DNA from: Nemertoderma westbladi
Lineage: Eukaryota; Animalia; Xenacoelomorpha
DNA: 46,362 nt
Reading direction: 5' to 3'
Assembly: GCA_032718475.1 (NCBI GenBank)
Contig: JAUCBJ010004585.1
Span: 1 to 46,362, forward strand
Position 1 is the stretch's first letter; the number at the start of each line of letters is the position of its first letter. The notes beneath the pieces are model-generated. The model made no database searches and was not told the DNA's origin. It saw nothing but the letters and a program-made list of their open reading frames with translations. The translations under genes and the position numbers were made by a program. Of this stretch, positions 1 through 13,755 are shown piece by piece.

Positions 1-3000
1 TATCCTCGAAAGTTATAACCTTTTAACTGGTTCTGTAGGTAGTAACATGAAAAAACGCCGCTTATAGCCTAAAAACACACTACGACGTAATATATTCCAA
101 TATAGTTAAATAACTCTGGAAGCCCTGTGTTTTCTGAGTTGTAACACGGTGTACAAATTGGGAATAGTAACCCCAATTGTCTCACACTTTCTCAAGTCAC
201 TGGCACTGTCTTGTCGAAAGTTATAACCTTTTAACTGGTTCTGTAGGAAGTAACATGAAAAAACGCCGCTTATAGCCTAAAAACACACCAGTCCGACGTA
301 TTATATTCGAATATAGTTAAATAACTCTGGAAGCCCTGTGTTTTCTGAGTTGTAACACTGTGTACAAATTGGGAATAGTAACCCCAATTGTCTCACACTT
401 TCTCAAGTCACTGGCACTGTCTCCTCGAAAGTTATAACCTTTTAACTGGTTCTGTAGGTAGTAACATGAAAAAACGCCGCTTATAGCCTAAAAACACACT
501 ACGACGTAATATATTCGAATATAGTTAAATAACTCTGGAAGCCCTGCGTTTTCTGAGTTGTAACACTGTGTACAAATTGGGAATAGTAACCCCAATTGTC
601 TCACACTTTCTCAAGTCACTGGCACTGTCTCGTCGAAAGTTATAACCTTTTAACTGGTTCTGTAGGAAGTAACATGAAAAAACGCCGCTTATAGCCTAAA
701 AACACACTACGACGTATTATATTCGAATATAGTTAAATAACTCTGGAAGCCCTGTGTTTTCTGAGTTGTAACACTGTGTACAAATTGGGAATAGTAACCC
801 CAATTGTCTCACACTTTCTCAAGTCACTGGCACTGTCTCCTCGAAAGTTATAACCTTTTAACTGGTTCTGTAGGAAGTAACATGAAAAAACGCCGCTTAT
901 AGCCTAAAAACACACTACGACGTATTATATTCGAATATAGTTAAATAACTCTGGAAGCCCTGTGTTTTCTGAGTTGTAACACTGTGTACAAATTGGGAAT
1001 AGTAACCCCAATTGTCTCACACTTTCTCAAGTCACTGGCACTGTCTCCTCGAAAGTTATAACCTTTTAACTGGTTCTGTAGGTAGTAACATGAAAAAACG
1101 CCGCTTATAGCCTAAAAACACTACGACGTATTATATTCGAATATAGTTAAATAACTCTGGAAGCCCTGTGTTTTCTGAGTTGTAACACTGTGTACAAATT
1201 GGGAATAGTAACCCCAATTGTCTCACACTTTCTCAAGTCACTGGCACTGTCTCGTCGAAAGTTATAACCTTTTAACTGGTTCTGTAGGAAGTAACATGAA
1301 AAAACGCCGCTTATAGCCTAAAAACACACTACGACGTATTATATTCGAATATAGTTAAATAACTCTGGAAGCCCTGTGTTTTCTGAGTTGTAACACTGTG
1401 TACAAATTGGGAATAGTAACCCCAATTGTCTCACACTTTCTCAAGTCACTGGCACTGTCTCCTCGAAAGTTATAACCTTTTAACTGGTTCTGTAGGAAGT
1501 AACATGAAAAAACGCCGCTTATAGCCTAAAAACACACTACGACGTATTATATTCGAATATAGTTAAATAACTCTGGAAGCCCTGTGTTTTCTGAGTTGTA
1601 ACACTGTGTACAAATTGGGAATAGTAACCCCAATTGTCTCACACTTTCTCAAGTCACTGGCACTGTCTCCTCGAAAGTTATAACCTTTTAACTGGTTCTG
1701 TAGGTAGTAACATGAAAAAACGCCGCTTATAGCCTAAAAACACTACGACGTATTATATTCGAATATAGTTAAATAACTCTGGAAGCCCTGTGTTTTCTGA
1801 GTTGTAACACTGTGTACAAATTGGGAATAGTAACCCCAATTGTCTCACACTTTCTCAAGTCACTGGCGCTGTCTCCTCGAAAGTTATAACCTTTTAACTG
1901 GTTCTGTAGGAAGTAACATGAAAAAACGCCGCTTATAGCCTAAAAACACACTGCGACGTATTATAATCGTATGTAGTTAAATAACTCTGGAAGCCCTGTG
2001 TTATCTGAGTTGTAACACTGTGTACAAGTTGGGAATAGTAACCCCAATTGTCTCACACTTTCTCAAGTCACTGGCACTGTCTCCTCGAAAGTTATAACCT
2101 TTTAACTGGTTCTGTATGAAGTAACATGAAAGAACGCCGCTTATAGCCTAAAAACACACTACGACGTATTATATTCGAATATAGTTAAATAACTCTGGAA
2201 GCCCTGTGTTTTCTGAGTTGTAACACTGTGTACAAATTGGGAATAGTAACCCCAATTGTCTCACACTTTCTCAAGTCACTGGCACTGTCTCCTCGAAAGT
2301 TATAACCTTTTAACTGGTTCTGTAGGAAGTAACATGAAAAAACGCCGCTTATAGCCTAAAAACACACTACGCCGTATTATATTCGAATATAGTTAAATAA
2401 CTCTGGAAGCCCTGTGTTTTCTGAGTTGTAACACTGTGTACAAATTGGGAATAGTAACCCCAATTATCTCACACTTTCTCAAGTCACTGGCACTGTCTCC
2501 TCGAAAGTTATAACCTTTTAACTGGTTCTGTAGGAAGTAACATGAAAAAACGCCGCTTATAGCCTAAAAACACACTACGACGTAATATATTCGAATATAG
2601 TTAAATAACTCTGGAAGCCCTGTGTTTTCTGAGTTGTAACACTGTGTACAAATTGGGAATAGTAACCCCAATTGTCTCACACTTTCTCAAGTCACTGGCA
2701 CTGTCTCGTCGAAAGTTATAACCTTTTAACTGGTTCTGTAGGAAGTAACATGAAAAAACGCCGCTTATAGCCTAAAAACACACTACGACGTATTATATTC
2801 GAATATAGTTAAATAACTCTGGAAGCCCTGTGTTTTCTGAGTTGTAACACTGTGTACAAATTGGGAATAGTAACCCCAATTGTCTCACACTTTCTCAAGT
2901 CACTGGCACTGTCTCCTCGAAAGTTATAACCTTTTAACTGGTTCTGTAGGAAGTAACATGAAAAAACGCCGCTTATAGCCTAAAAACACACTACGACGTA

Positions 3001-4057
3001 TTATATTCGAATATAGTTAAATAACTCTGGAAGCCCTGTGTTTTCTGAGTTGTAACACTGTGTACAAATTGGGAATAGTAACCCCAATTATCTCACACTT
3101 TCTCAAGTCACTGGCACTGTCTCCTCGAAAGTTATAACCTTTTAACTGGTTCTGTAGGAAGTAACATGAAAAAACGCCGCTTATAGCCTAAAAACACACT
3201 ACGACGTAATATATTCGAATATAGTTAAATAACTCTGGAAGCCCTGTGTTTTCTGAGTTGTAACACTGTGTACAAATTGGGAATAGTAACCCCAATTGTC
3301 TCACACTTTCTCAAGTCACTGGCACTGTCTCGTCGAAAGTTATAACCTTTTAACTGGTTCTGTAGGAAGTAACATGAAAAAACGCCGCTTATAGCCTAAA
3401 AACACACTACGACGTATTATATTCGAATATAGTTAAATAACTCTGGAAGCCCTGTGTTTTCTGAGTTGTAACACTGTGTACAAATTGGGAATAGTAACCC
3501 CAATTGTCTCACACTTTCTCAAGTCACTGGCACTGTCTCCTCGAAAGTTATAACCTTTTAACTGGTTCTGTAGGTAGTAACATGAAAAAACGCCGCTTAT
3601 AGCCTAAAAACACACTACGACGTATTATATTCGAATATAGTTAAATAACTCTGGAAGCCCTGTGTTTTCTGAGTTGTAACACTGTGTACAAATTGGGAAT
3701 AGTAACCCCAATTATCTCACACTTTCTCAAGTCACTGGCACTGTCTCCTCGAAAGTTATAACCTTTTAACTGGTTCTGTAGGAAGTAACATGAAAAAACG
3801 CCGCTTATAGCCTAAAAACACACTACGACGTAATATATTCGAATATAGTTAAATAACTCTGGAAGCCCTGTGTTTTCTGAGTTGTCCTAACACTGTGTAC
3901 AAATTGGGAATAGTAACCCCAATTGTCTCACACTTTCTCAAGTCACTGGCACTGTCTCGTCGAAAGTTATAACCTGTTAACTGGTTCTGTAGGAAGTAAC
4001 ATGAAAAAACGCCGCTTATAGCCTAAAAACACACTACGACGTATTATATTCGAATAT
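1..4057. repeat. Satellite DNA array, 208-bp monomer, ~19.5 copies (runs off the left edge)
   Basis: Anchor gaaagttataacc recurs at 8, 216, 427, 635, 843, 1051 and onward; copies are nearly identical. The array stops mid-monomer at ...cgaatat|gtgagg (4057/4058). Confidence 0.98.
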
Positions 4058-4439
4058 GTGAGGTTTGATCAAGAAACCGACCTACGGTTACAAAAAATAA
4101 TTTTGTGTTTTTTTTATTGATTCAAATACACATTTTTATGCTGAATCGAACGCTGAAAACAGATTTCAAATCCGATAAAGTCTTGTCGAGATATTGAGTT
4201 TTGAAAATTAGTAGTCTAATGACCAAATATTAACAAAGTTTTGAGAAAAACGGCTTTAAAGTTATGAGAGTTTCAAACGTTCCCGCCAATTTTCTGTAAT
4301 TGGGGGGATAATTATGTAAACTTTTACGATATTTCAAAGCAGACCTATAAAAAATTAGGTACATACGTCATAATTCAGATACACATCAGTGTATGGAACT
4401 TTGGCGACAATATTTTAATTTTTATTTTTATTGGAGGTC

Positions 4440-4778
4440 ACTCTGTCTGTTTGTCTGAATACTTGTATGTTTGTCTGTCAAAAATGTAACAAATAAATAA
4501 ATAAAGCACCACCACCTAGATTTTTTTGCTATTGGGTTTTTATTTGCCGATGATTTAAAATACGATATCGGTTTTCACTATATCGATTCTAGACGATTGT
4601 CTGCATGTCAGTCAGTCTGTCTGTTTTTGGTTTGTCAGTCTGTTAAAATTTAAGAAGTGCACAAACTGTTCAAAATTTGTGTTATAAGGTTTTTCTGGGT
4701 GGTGATAACATTTAAAATGTCACTGGGTGGTAATTACAGTTAAAATTTCACTTTTCCAGTTTGAAGAAATCTAGACTT

Positions 4779-4809
<31 letters not shown>

Positions 4810-5365
4810 CTCTGTCGGTCTGTCTGTCTGTTTGTCTGTCAAAATTGAGAAATAAATCAAATTAACAAACAAACTTATTTATGGAGTTTTCTTGGTCGGT
4901 GATTTCATTTCCGGCAGCTATTTTTACGTTTGATTGATTATTTAATGTTTTTACGTCTGTCTGTCTGTCGGTCTGTCTGTCTGTTTGTCTGTCAAAATTG
5001 AGAAATAAATCAAATTAACAAACAAACTTATTTATGGAGTTTTCTTGGTCGGTGATTTCATTTCCGGTAGCTATTTTTACTTTTGATTGAATATTTAATG
5101 TTTTTACGTCTGTCTGTCTGTCGGTCTGTCGGTCTGTCTGTCTGTCAAAATTGAGAAATAAATCAAATTAACAAACAAACTTATTTATGGAGTTTACTTG
5201 GTCGGTGATTTCATTTCCGATAACTATTTTTACGTTTGATTGATTATTTAATGTTTGTACGTCTGTCTGTCTGTCGGTCTGTCTGTCTTTTGTCTGTCAA
5301 AATTGAGAAATATATCAAATTAACAAATAATTATGGGGTTTTCTTGGTTGGCGATTTAATTTCAC
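4440..5365 (+). repeat. ~153-bp tandem repeat containing a (GTCT/GTTT)n module; 4 good and ~2 degenerate copies
   Basis: aaaattgagaaat recurs at 4841, 4994, 5147 and 5299; degenerate units lie near 4480 and 4645. Confidence 0.9.
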
Positions 5366-5399
5366 CCAAAAGCAAAACATTTTGTTAGATATCATGTTT

Positions 5400-5540
5400 C
5401 CCTAATTTTTGACAGACAAACCCACACACAGACAGACAAACAGACAGACAGACTAATCGACAGTCTAGAATCCGTCAGCTGTGGAAAGTAACAATTGAAA
5501 TTAAATCACTGAACAGGAAAACTCATAGCGAAAATTATAT
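5400..5540 (-). repeat. Inverted, diverged copy of the ~153-bp unit
   Basis: The reverse complement reads ...gattctagac...gtctgtctgtctgtttgtctgtc...tttgtctgtcaaaaatt, matching the forward units at 4510-4650. Confidence 0.7.
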
Positions 5541-5632
5541 TATACTTAAATTTATACTAATTTCAAACATGAGTGAGGTCTACAAACAAATCAAATAACT
5601 CCAAAACTAAACATAGATATGAACAATTTCAC

Positions 5633-8600
5633 ACAAACAAACAAACAAACAAACAAACAAACAAACAAACAAACAAACAAACAAACAAACAAACAAACAA
5701 ACAAACAAACAAACAAACAAACAAACAAACAAACAAACAAACAAACAAACAAACAAACAAACAAACAAACAAACAAACAAACAAACAAACAAACAAACAA
5801 ACAAACAAACAAACAAACAAACAAACAAACAAACAAACAAACAAACAAACAAACAAACAAACAAACAAACAAACAAACAAACAAACAAACAAACAAACAA
5901 ACAAACAAACAAACAAACAAACAAACAAACAAACAAACAAACAAACAAACAAACAAACAAACAAACAAACAAACAAACAAACAAACAAACAAACAAACAA
6001 ACAAACAAACAAACAAACAAACAAACAAACAAACAAACAAACAAACAAACAAACAAACAAACAAACAAACAAACAAACAAACAAACAAACAAACAAACAA
6101 ACAAACAAACAAACAAACAAACAAACAAACAAACAAACAAACAAACAAACAAACAAACAAACAAACAAACAAACAAACAAACAAACAAACAAACAAACAA
6201 ACAAACAAACAAACAAACAAACAAACAAACAAACAAACAAACAAACCAACAAACAAACAAACAAACAAACAAACAAACAAACAAACAAACAAACAAACAA
6301 ACAAACAAACAAACAAACAAACAAACAAACAAACAAACAAACAAACAAACAAACAAACAAACAAACAAACAAACAAACAAACAAACAAACAAACAAACAA
6401 ACAAACAAACAAACAAACAAACAAACAAACAAACAAACAAACAAACAAACAAACAAACAAACAAACAAACAAACAAACAAACAAACAAACAAACAAACAA
6501 ACAAACAAACAAACAAACAAACAAACAAACAAACAAACAAACAAACAAACAAACAAACAAACAAACAAACAAACAAACAAACAAACAAACAAACAAACAA
6601 ACAAACAAACAAACAAACAAACAAACAAACAAACAAACAAACAAACAAACAAACAAACAAACAAACAAACAAACAAACAAACAAACAAACAAACAAACAA
6701 ACAAACAAACAAACAAACAAACAAACAAACAAACAAACAAACAAACAAACAAACAAACAAACAAACAAACAAACAAACAAACAAACAAACAAACAAACAA
6801 ACAAACAAACAAACAAACAAACAAACAAACAAACAAACAAACAAACAAACAAACAAACAAACAAACAAACAAACAAACAAACAAACAAACAAACAAACAA
6901 ACAAACAAACAAACAAACAAACAAACAAACAAACAAACAAACAAACAAACAAACAAACAAACAAACAAACAAACAAACAAACAAACAAACAAACAAACAA
7001 ACAAACAAACAAACAAACAAACAAACAAACAAACAAACAAACAAACAAACAAACAAACAAACAAACAAACAAACAAACAAACAAACAAACAAACAAACAA
7101 ACAAACAAACAAACAAACAAACAAACAAACAAACAAACAAACAAACAAACAAACAAACAAACAAACAAACAAACAAACAAACAAACAAACAAACAAACAA
7201 ACAAACAAACAAACAAACAAACAAACAAACAAACAAACAAACAAACAAACAAACAAACAAACAAACAAACAAACAAACAAACAAACAAACAAACAAACAA
7301 ACAAACAAACAAACAAACAAACAAACAAACAAACAAACAAACAAACAAACAAACAAACAAACAAACAAACAAACAAACAAACAAACAAACAAACAAACAA
7401 ACAAACAAACAAACAAACAAACAAACAAACAAACAAACAAACAAACAAACAAACAAACAAACAAACAAACAAACAAACAAACAAACAAACAAACAAACAA
7501 ACAAACAAACAAACAAACAAACAAACAAACAAACAAACAAACAAACAAACAAACAAACAAACAAACAAACAAACAAACAAACAAACAAACAAACAAACAA
7601 ACAAACAAACAAACAAACAAACAAACAAACAAACAAACAAACAAACAAACAAACAAACAAACAAACAAACAAACAAACAAACAAACAAACAAACAAACAA
7701 ACAAACAAACAAACAAACAAACAAACAAACAAACAAACAAACAAACAAACAAACAAACAAACAAACAAACAAACAAACAAACAAACAAACAAACAAACAA
7801 ACAAACAAACAAACAAACAAACAAACAAACAAACAAACAAACAAACAAACAAACAAACAAACAAACAAACAAACAAACAAACAAACAAACAAACAAACAA
7901 ACAAACAAACAAACAAACAAACAAACAAACAAACAAACAAACAAACAAACAAACAAACAAACAAACAAACAAACAAACAAACAAACAAACAAACAAACAA
8001 ACAAACAAACAAACAAACAAACAAACAAACAAACAAACAAACAAACAAACAAACAAACAAACAAACAAACAAACAAACAAACAAACAAACAAACAAACAA
8101 ACAAACAAACAAACAAACAAACAAACAAACAAACAAACAAACAAACAAACAAACAAACAAACAAACAAACAAACAAACAAACAAACAAACAAACAAACAA
8201 ACAAACAAACAAACAAACAAACAAACAAACAAACAAACAAACAAACAAACAAACAAACAAACAAACAAACAAACAAACAAACAAACAAACAAACAAACAA
8301 ACAAACAAACAAACAAACAAACAAACAAACAAACAAACAAACAAACAAACAAACAAACAAACAAACAAACAAACAAACAAACAAACAAACAAACAAACAA
8401 ACAAACAAACAAACAAACAAACAAACAAACAAACAAACAAACAAACAAACAAACAAACAAACAAACAAACAAACAAACAAACAAACAAACAAACAAACAA
8501 ACAAACAAACAAACAAACAAACAAACAAACAAACAAACAAACAAACAAACAAACAAACAAACAAACAAACAAACAAACAAACAAACAAACAAACAAACAA

Positions 8601-11587
8601 ACAAACAAACAAACAAACAAACAAACAAACAAACAAACAAACAAACAAACAAACAAACAAACAAACAAACAAACAAACAAACAAACAAACAAACAAACAA
8701 ACAAACAAACAAACAAACAAACAAACAAACAAACAAACAAACAAACAAACAAACAAACAAACAAACAAACAAACAAACAAACAAACAAACAAACAAACAA
8801 ACAAACAAACAAACAAACAAACAAACAAACAAACAAACAAACAAACAAACAAACAAACAAACAAACAAACAAACAAACAAACAAACAAACAAACAAACAA
8901 ACAAACAAACAAACAAACAAACAAACAAACAAACAAACAAACAAACAAACAAACAAACAAACAAACAAACAAACAAACAAACAAACAAACAAACAAACAA
9001 ACAAACAAACAAACAAACAAACAAACAAACAAACAAACAAACAAACAAACAAACAAACAAACAAACAAACAAACAAACAAACAAACAAACAAACAAACAA
9101 ACAAACAAACAAACAAACAAACAAACAAACAAACAAACAAACAAACAAACAAACAAACAAACAAACAAACAAACAAACAAACAAACAAACAAACAAACAA
9201 ACAAACAAACAAACAAACAAACAAACAAACAAACAAACAAACAAACAAACAAACAAACAAACAAACAAACAAACAAACAAACAAACAAACAAACAAACAA
9301 ACAAACAAACAAACAAACAAACAAACAAACAAACAAACAAACAAACAAACAAACAAACAAACAAACAAACAAACAAACAAACAAACAAACAAACAAACAA
9401 ACAAACAAACAAACAAACAAACAAACAAACAAACAAACAAACAAACAAACAAACAAACAAACAAACAAACAAACAAACAAACAAACAAACAAACAAACAA
9501 ACAAACAAACAAACAAACAAACAAACAAACAAACAAACAAACAAACAAACAAACAAACAAACAAACAAACAAACAAACAAACAAACAAACAAACAAACAA
9601 ACAAACAAACAAACAAACAAACAAACAAACAAACAAACAAACAAACAAACAAACAAACAAACAAACAAACAAACAAACAAACAAACAAACAAACAAACAA
9701 ACAAACAAACAAACAAACAAACAAACAAACAAACAAACAAACAAACAAACAAACAAACAAACAAACAAACAAACAAACAAACAAACAAACAAACAAACAA
9801 ACAAACAAACAAACAAACAAACAAACAAACAAACAAACAAACAAACAAACAAACAAACAAACAAACAAACAAACAAACAAACAAACAAACAAACAAACAA
9901 ACAAACAAACAAACAAACAAACAAACAAACAAACAAACAAACAAACAAACAAACAAACAAACAAACAAACAAACAAACAAACAAACAAACAAACAAACAA
10001 ACAAACAAACAAACAAACAAACAAACAAACAAACAAACAAACAAACAAACAAACAAACAAACAAACAAACAAACAAACAAACAAACAAACAAACAAACAA
10101 ACAAACAAACAAACAAACAAACAAACAAACAAACAAACAAACAAACAAACAAACAAACAAACAAACAAACAAACAAACAAACAAACAAACAAACAAACAA
10201 ACAAACAAACAAACAAACAAACAAACAAACAAACAAACAAACAAACAAACAAACAAACAAACAAACAAACAAACAAACAAACAAACAAACAAACAAACAA
10301 ACAAACAAACAAACAAACAAACAAACAAACAAACAAACAAACAAACAAACAAACAAACAAACAAACAAACAAACAAACAAACAAACAAACAAACAAACAA
10401 ACAAACAAACAAACAAACAAACAAACAAACAAACAAACAAACAAACAAACAAACAAACAAACAAACAAACAAACAAACAAACAAACAAACAAACAAACAA
10501 ACAAACAAACAAACAAACAAACAAACAAACAAACAAACAAACAAACAAACAAACAAACAAACAAACAAACAAACAAACAAACAAACAAACAAACAAACAA
10601 ACAAACAAACAAACAAACAAACAAACAAACAAACAAACAAACAAACAAACAAACAAACAAACAAACAAACAAACAAACAAACAAACAAACAAACAAACAA
10701 ACAAACAAACAAACAAACAAACAAACAAACAAACAAACAAACAAACAAACAAACAAACAAACAAACAAACAAACAAACAAACAAACAAACAAACAAACAA
10801 ACAAACAAACAAACAAACAAACAAACAAACAAACAAACAAACAAACAAACAAACAAACAAACAAACAAACAAACAAACAAACAAACAAACAAACAAACAA
10901 ACAAACAAACAAACAAACAAACAAACAAACAAACAAACAAACAAACAAACAAACAAACAAACAAACAAACAAACAAACAAACAAACAAACAAACAAACAA
11001 ACAAACAAACAAACAAACAAACAAACAAACAAACAAACAAACAAACAAACAAACAAACAAACAAACAAACAAACAAACAAACAAACAAACAAACAAACAA
11101 ACAAACAAACAAACAAACAAACAAACAAACAAACAAACAAACAAACAAACAAACAAACAAACAAACAAACAAACAAACAAACAAACAAACAAACAAACAA
11201 ACAAACAAACAAACAAACAAACAAACAAACAAACAAACAAACAAACAAACAAACAAACAAACAAACAAACAAACAAACAAACAAACAAACAAACAAACAA
11301 ACAAACAAACAAACAAACAAACAAACAAACAAACAAACAAACAAACAAACAAACAAACAAACAAACAAACAAACAAACAAACAAACAAACAAACAAACAA
11401 ACAAACAAACAAACAAACAAACAAACAAACAAACAAACAAACAAACAAACAAACAAACAAACAAACAAACAAACAAACAAACAAACAAACAAACAAACAA
11501 ACAAACAAACAAACAAACAAACAAACAAACAAACAAACAAACAAACAAACAAACAAACAAACAAACAAACAAACAAACAAACAAACA
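5633..11587. repeat. (AAAC)n/(GTTT)n microsatellite, ~5.95 kb, ~1490 units
   Basis: Uninterrupted AAAC apart from a single A>C change at 6247. Confidence 0.99.
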
Positions 11588-12009
11588 TTATTAACCAACC
11601 AGACCCCATCGGTGGTGCGCTTCCTTCCTGTCGGACATTATTAACCAACCAGACCCCATCGGTGGTGCGGTTCCTTCCTGTCGGACATTATTAACCAACC
11701 AGACCCCATCGGTGGTGTGTTTCCTTCCTGTCAGACTCTATTAACCAATCCGATCCAATCGGTGGTGTGCTTCCTTCCTGTCAGACTCTATTAACCAACC
11801 AGACCCCATCAGTGGTGCGCTTCCTTCCTGTCGGACATTATTAACCAACCAGACCCCATCGGTGGTGCGCTTCCTTACTGTCGGACATTATTAACCAACC
11901 AGACCCCATCGGTGGTGTGTTTCCTTCCTGTCAGACTCTATTAACCAATCAGATCCCATCGGTGGTGCGCTTCCTTCCTGTCAGACTCTATTAACCAACC
12001 AGACCCCAT
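11586..12009. repeat. 50-bp minisatellite, ~8.5 copies
   Basis: Unit cattattaaccaaccagaccccatcggtggtgcgcttccttcctgtcgga starts at 11586, 11636, 11686 and onward. Confidence 0.97.
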
Positions 12010-12849
12010 AGAGGTAGTTTTGCGCGGGAAGGTTTGTACTTTGAAGGCGATTATCTCAGATGACATTTTTCGTACGTGTTTCGTACTACTTCTCCGCCAT
12101 ATTTCCCAATTTTTATAATGATAAATTACAAAAAAACATGGTTTTTTCCAGTTTTTAAAAAAATTTTAATTTTTTTTACAAAATTGCCAATTATCAGAAA
12201 TAGAAAACGAAAGTACATAAAGTGGCCGAAAAATATGATGAAAATGAACATGCTGGTTCCAAAAATGTGGTATCGGTATCGAAAAATTGAAAATAACGGA
12301 GGAGTGTAGTCCATTTAGAGTGAAATTTTTAAAATCTCACGCTAGGGGGAGCCAAAAATTTTTTCCAATTTTAATGTACTTTTGATGAATCTCTTTAATT
12401 GCATATGATTTTCTATTCATTTTTCAACATTGTAGACATGTACAAAATAAAACCTTAGGGTAGTGGGTACCCCCCGTAAATGGAGGTAAATCCGTCTGCC
12501 GCTAGCACGATAAATATTTGAAAGTGGAAAACCTCTTCCATTTTTTAAAACGTTCAGGACAGATATATATTAAATAAAGGAAATAAATTGACATTGTCTG
12601 GGGTGCTCAAAGGCCCTAATTAGTGTTCAATAAAGTTTATATTTGGGGATATTTAAAGGGACGATTGTATTTATTACCATATTGTTTGTAAAATTGAAGG
12701 AACGCACAGTATTCGGAGAGCAGATAAAATATCAAATCACATTAACATATCAATAGTGGCATTGCTTAAATAAGCGTAATCATAAATTGGAAGACCGCAA
12801 AGTATTCAAGAAAGTGGATAAAATATAGCAGTGCTTTAAATAGATAAAT

Positions 12850-12980
12850 ATATACATAATTAAAATGTATTCATAATTTAAAATATACATAATTTAAATC
12901 TATACATACCTAAAATGCGTCTATAATATACATACTTAGAATGCGTCTATATACATACTTAGAATGGGTCTAAATACATG
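12850..12980. repeat. Short degenerate ~23-bp tandem repeat
   Basis: atacatacttagaatgcgtctat-like units occur 3-4 times, preceded by atacataattaaaat-like units. Confidence 0.7.
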
Positions 12981-13755
12981 CGTGTGTTTTTATTAAAAAT
13001 ATGGCTTTTCTCAGCTGTGGGGTAGTAAATGATTGCATATTTTAAAATGGTCGGATGATGAGTCTTTTGATTTACAAACCGATACAGACAACTTTCCGAT
13101 GCGCGCAGTTGGTTGATTCACAAAGTTTGTGTTAAAGTCGTTTGGGAACCGGCACGCGATGGAATCTCGTTAATGACCACAGGTCTATTTACCCATTGTT
13201 ATGGAAACTTTTGATACAATTATTATCAATGTAATTTAAATTGATGAAGAATAGGCATACTTACTGATCTTAACTAGAAACTATGTGAATAACTGCTAAT
13301 TTACCACAGATACATATACATGCATAGTTAGTTATCTACTTTGGTCAAAATATCCAACCTACTTATGCTAAGAGCATTCAGTATTAAAAATATGAGGCTG
13401 CATAGATTCCAAATATGTGGACATATAGTCCTGTAGGTGAAATAGTACTGGAGTCTGGCCTATTATAATAATCTATTGATATCCTATTTCCAACCGTAAC
13501 AAAAACAGTAAAAAATATACATAAATAGAAGAAAAACACATTTAACAATTATGACACTACCAAAAATATGTTATTCCAAGTAAACATAGTATATACACAT
13601 ACATATATGTAATCTCCAAATAAGAATAGCAACTCGAAAAATTAATTTAATATATAAGTTCAAATAGTAAACTAAAATTAGATGTATTATCCACGAAAAA
13701 TGGCAAATCTAAAAAGATATATAATATCTAATCAAAAAATGACATATTTGAGTAA

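Larger units (their letters stand above)
4058..5632. mobile_element. Non-autonomous DNA-transposon-like segment with internal tandem repeats (superfamily unresolved)
   Basis: Begins abruptly inside a satellite monomer after ATAT, with a short hairpin (ggttt-gatcaag-aaacc). It is non-coding and contains GTCT-microsatellite tandem units. No matching second terminus or TSD was found. Confidence 0.45.

Noticed and set aside
1-4057. Hammerhead or tRNA motif in the 208-bp satellite
   Set aside because: No CTGANGA...GAAA core or Pol III boxes were seen on either strand.
5633-11587. Telomere interpretation of (AAAC)n
   Set aside because: The tract is internal, with complex sequence on both sides, and is not the TTAGGG/TTAGG type. 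It would only be reconsidered if reads show a misjoin or the motif caps chromosome ends.
5573-11648. ~2000-aa ORFs (TNKQ)n and (FVCL)n on both strands
   Set aside because: They are a by-product of a stop-free tetranucleotide repeat; nothing else supports coding.
11586-12009. CRISPR-like appearance of the 50-bp array (also the 44-bp and 63-bp arrays)
   Set aside because: The units are contiguous with no unique spacers, there are no cas genes, and the context is eukaryotic.
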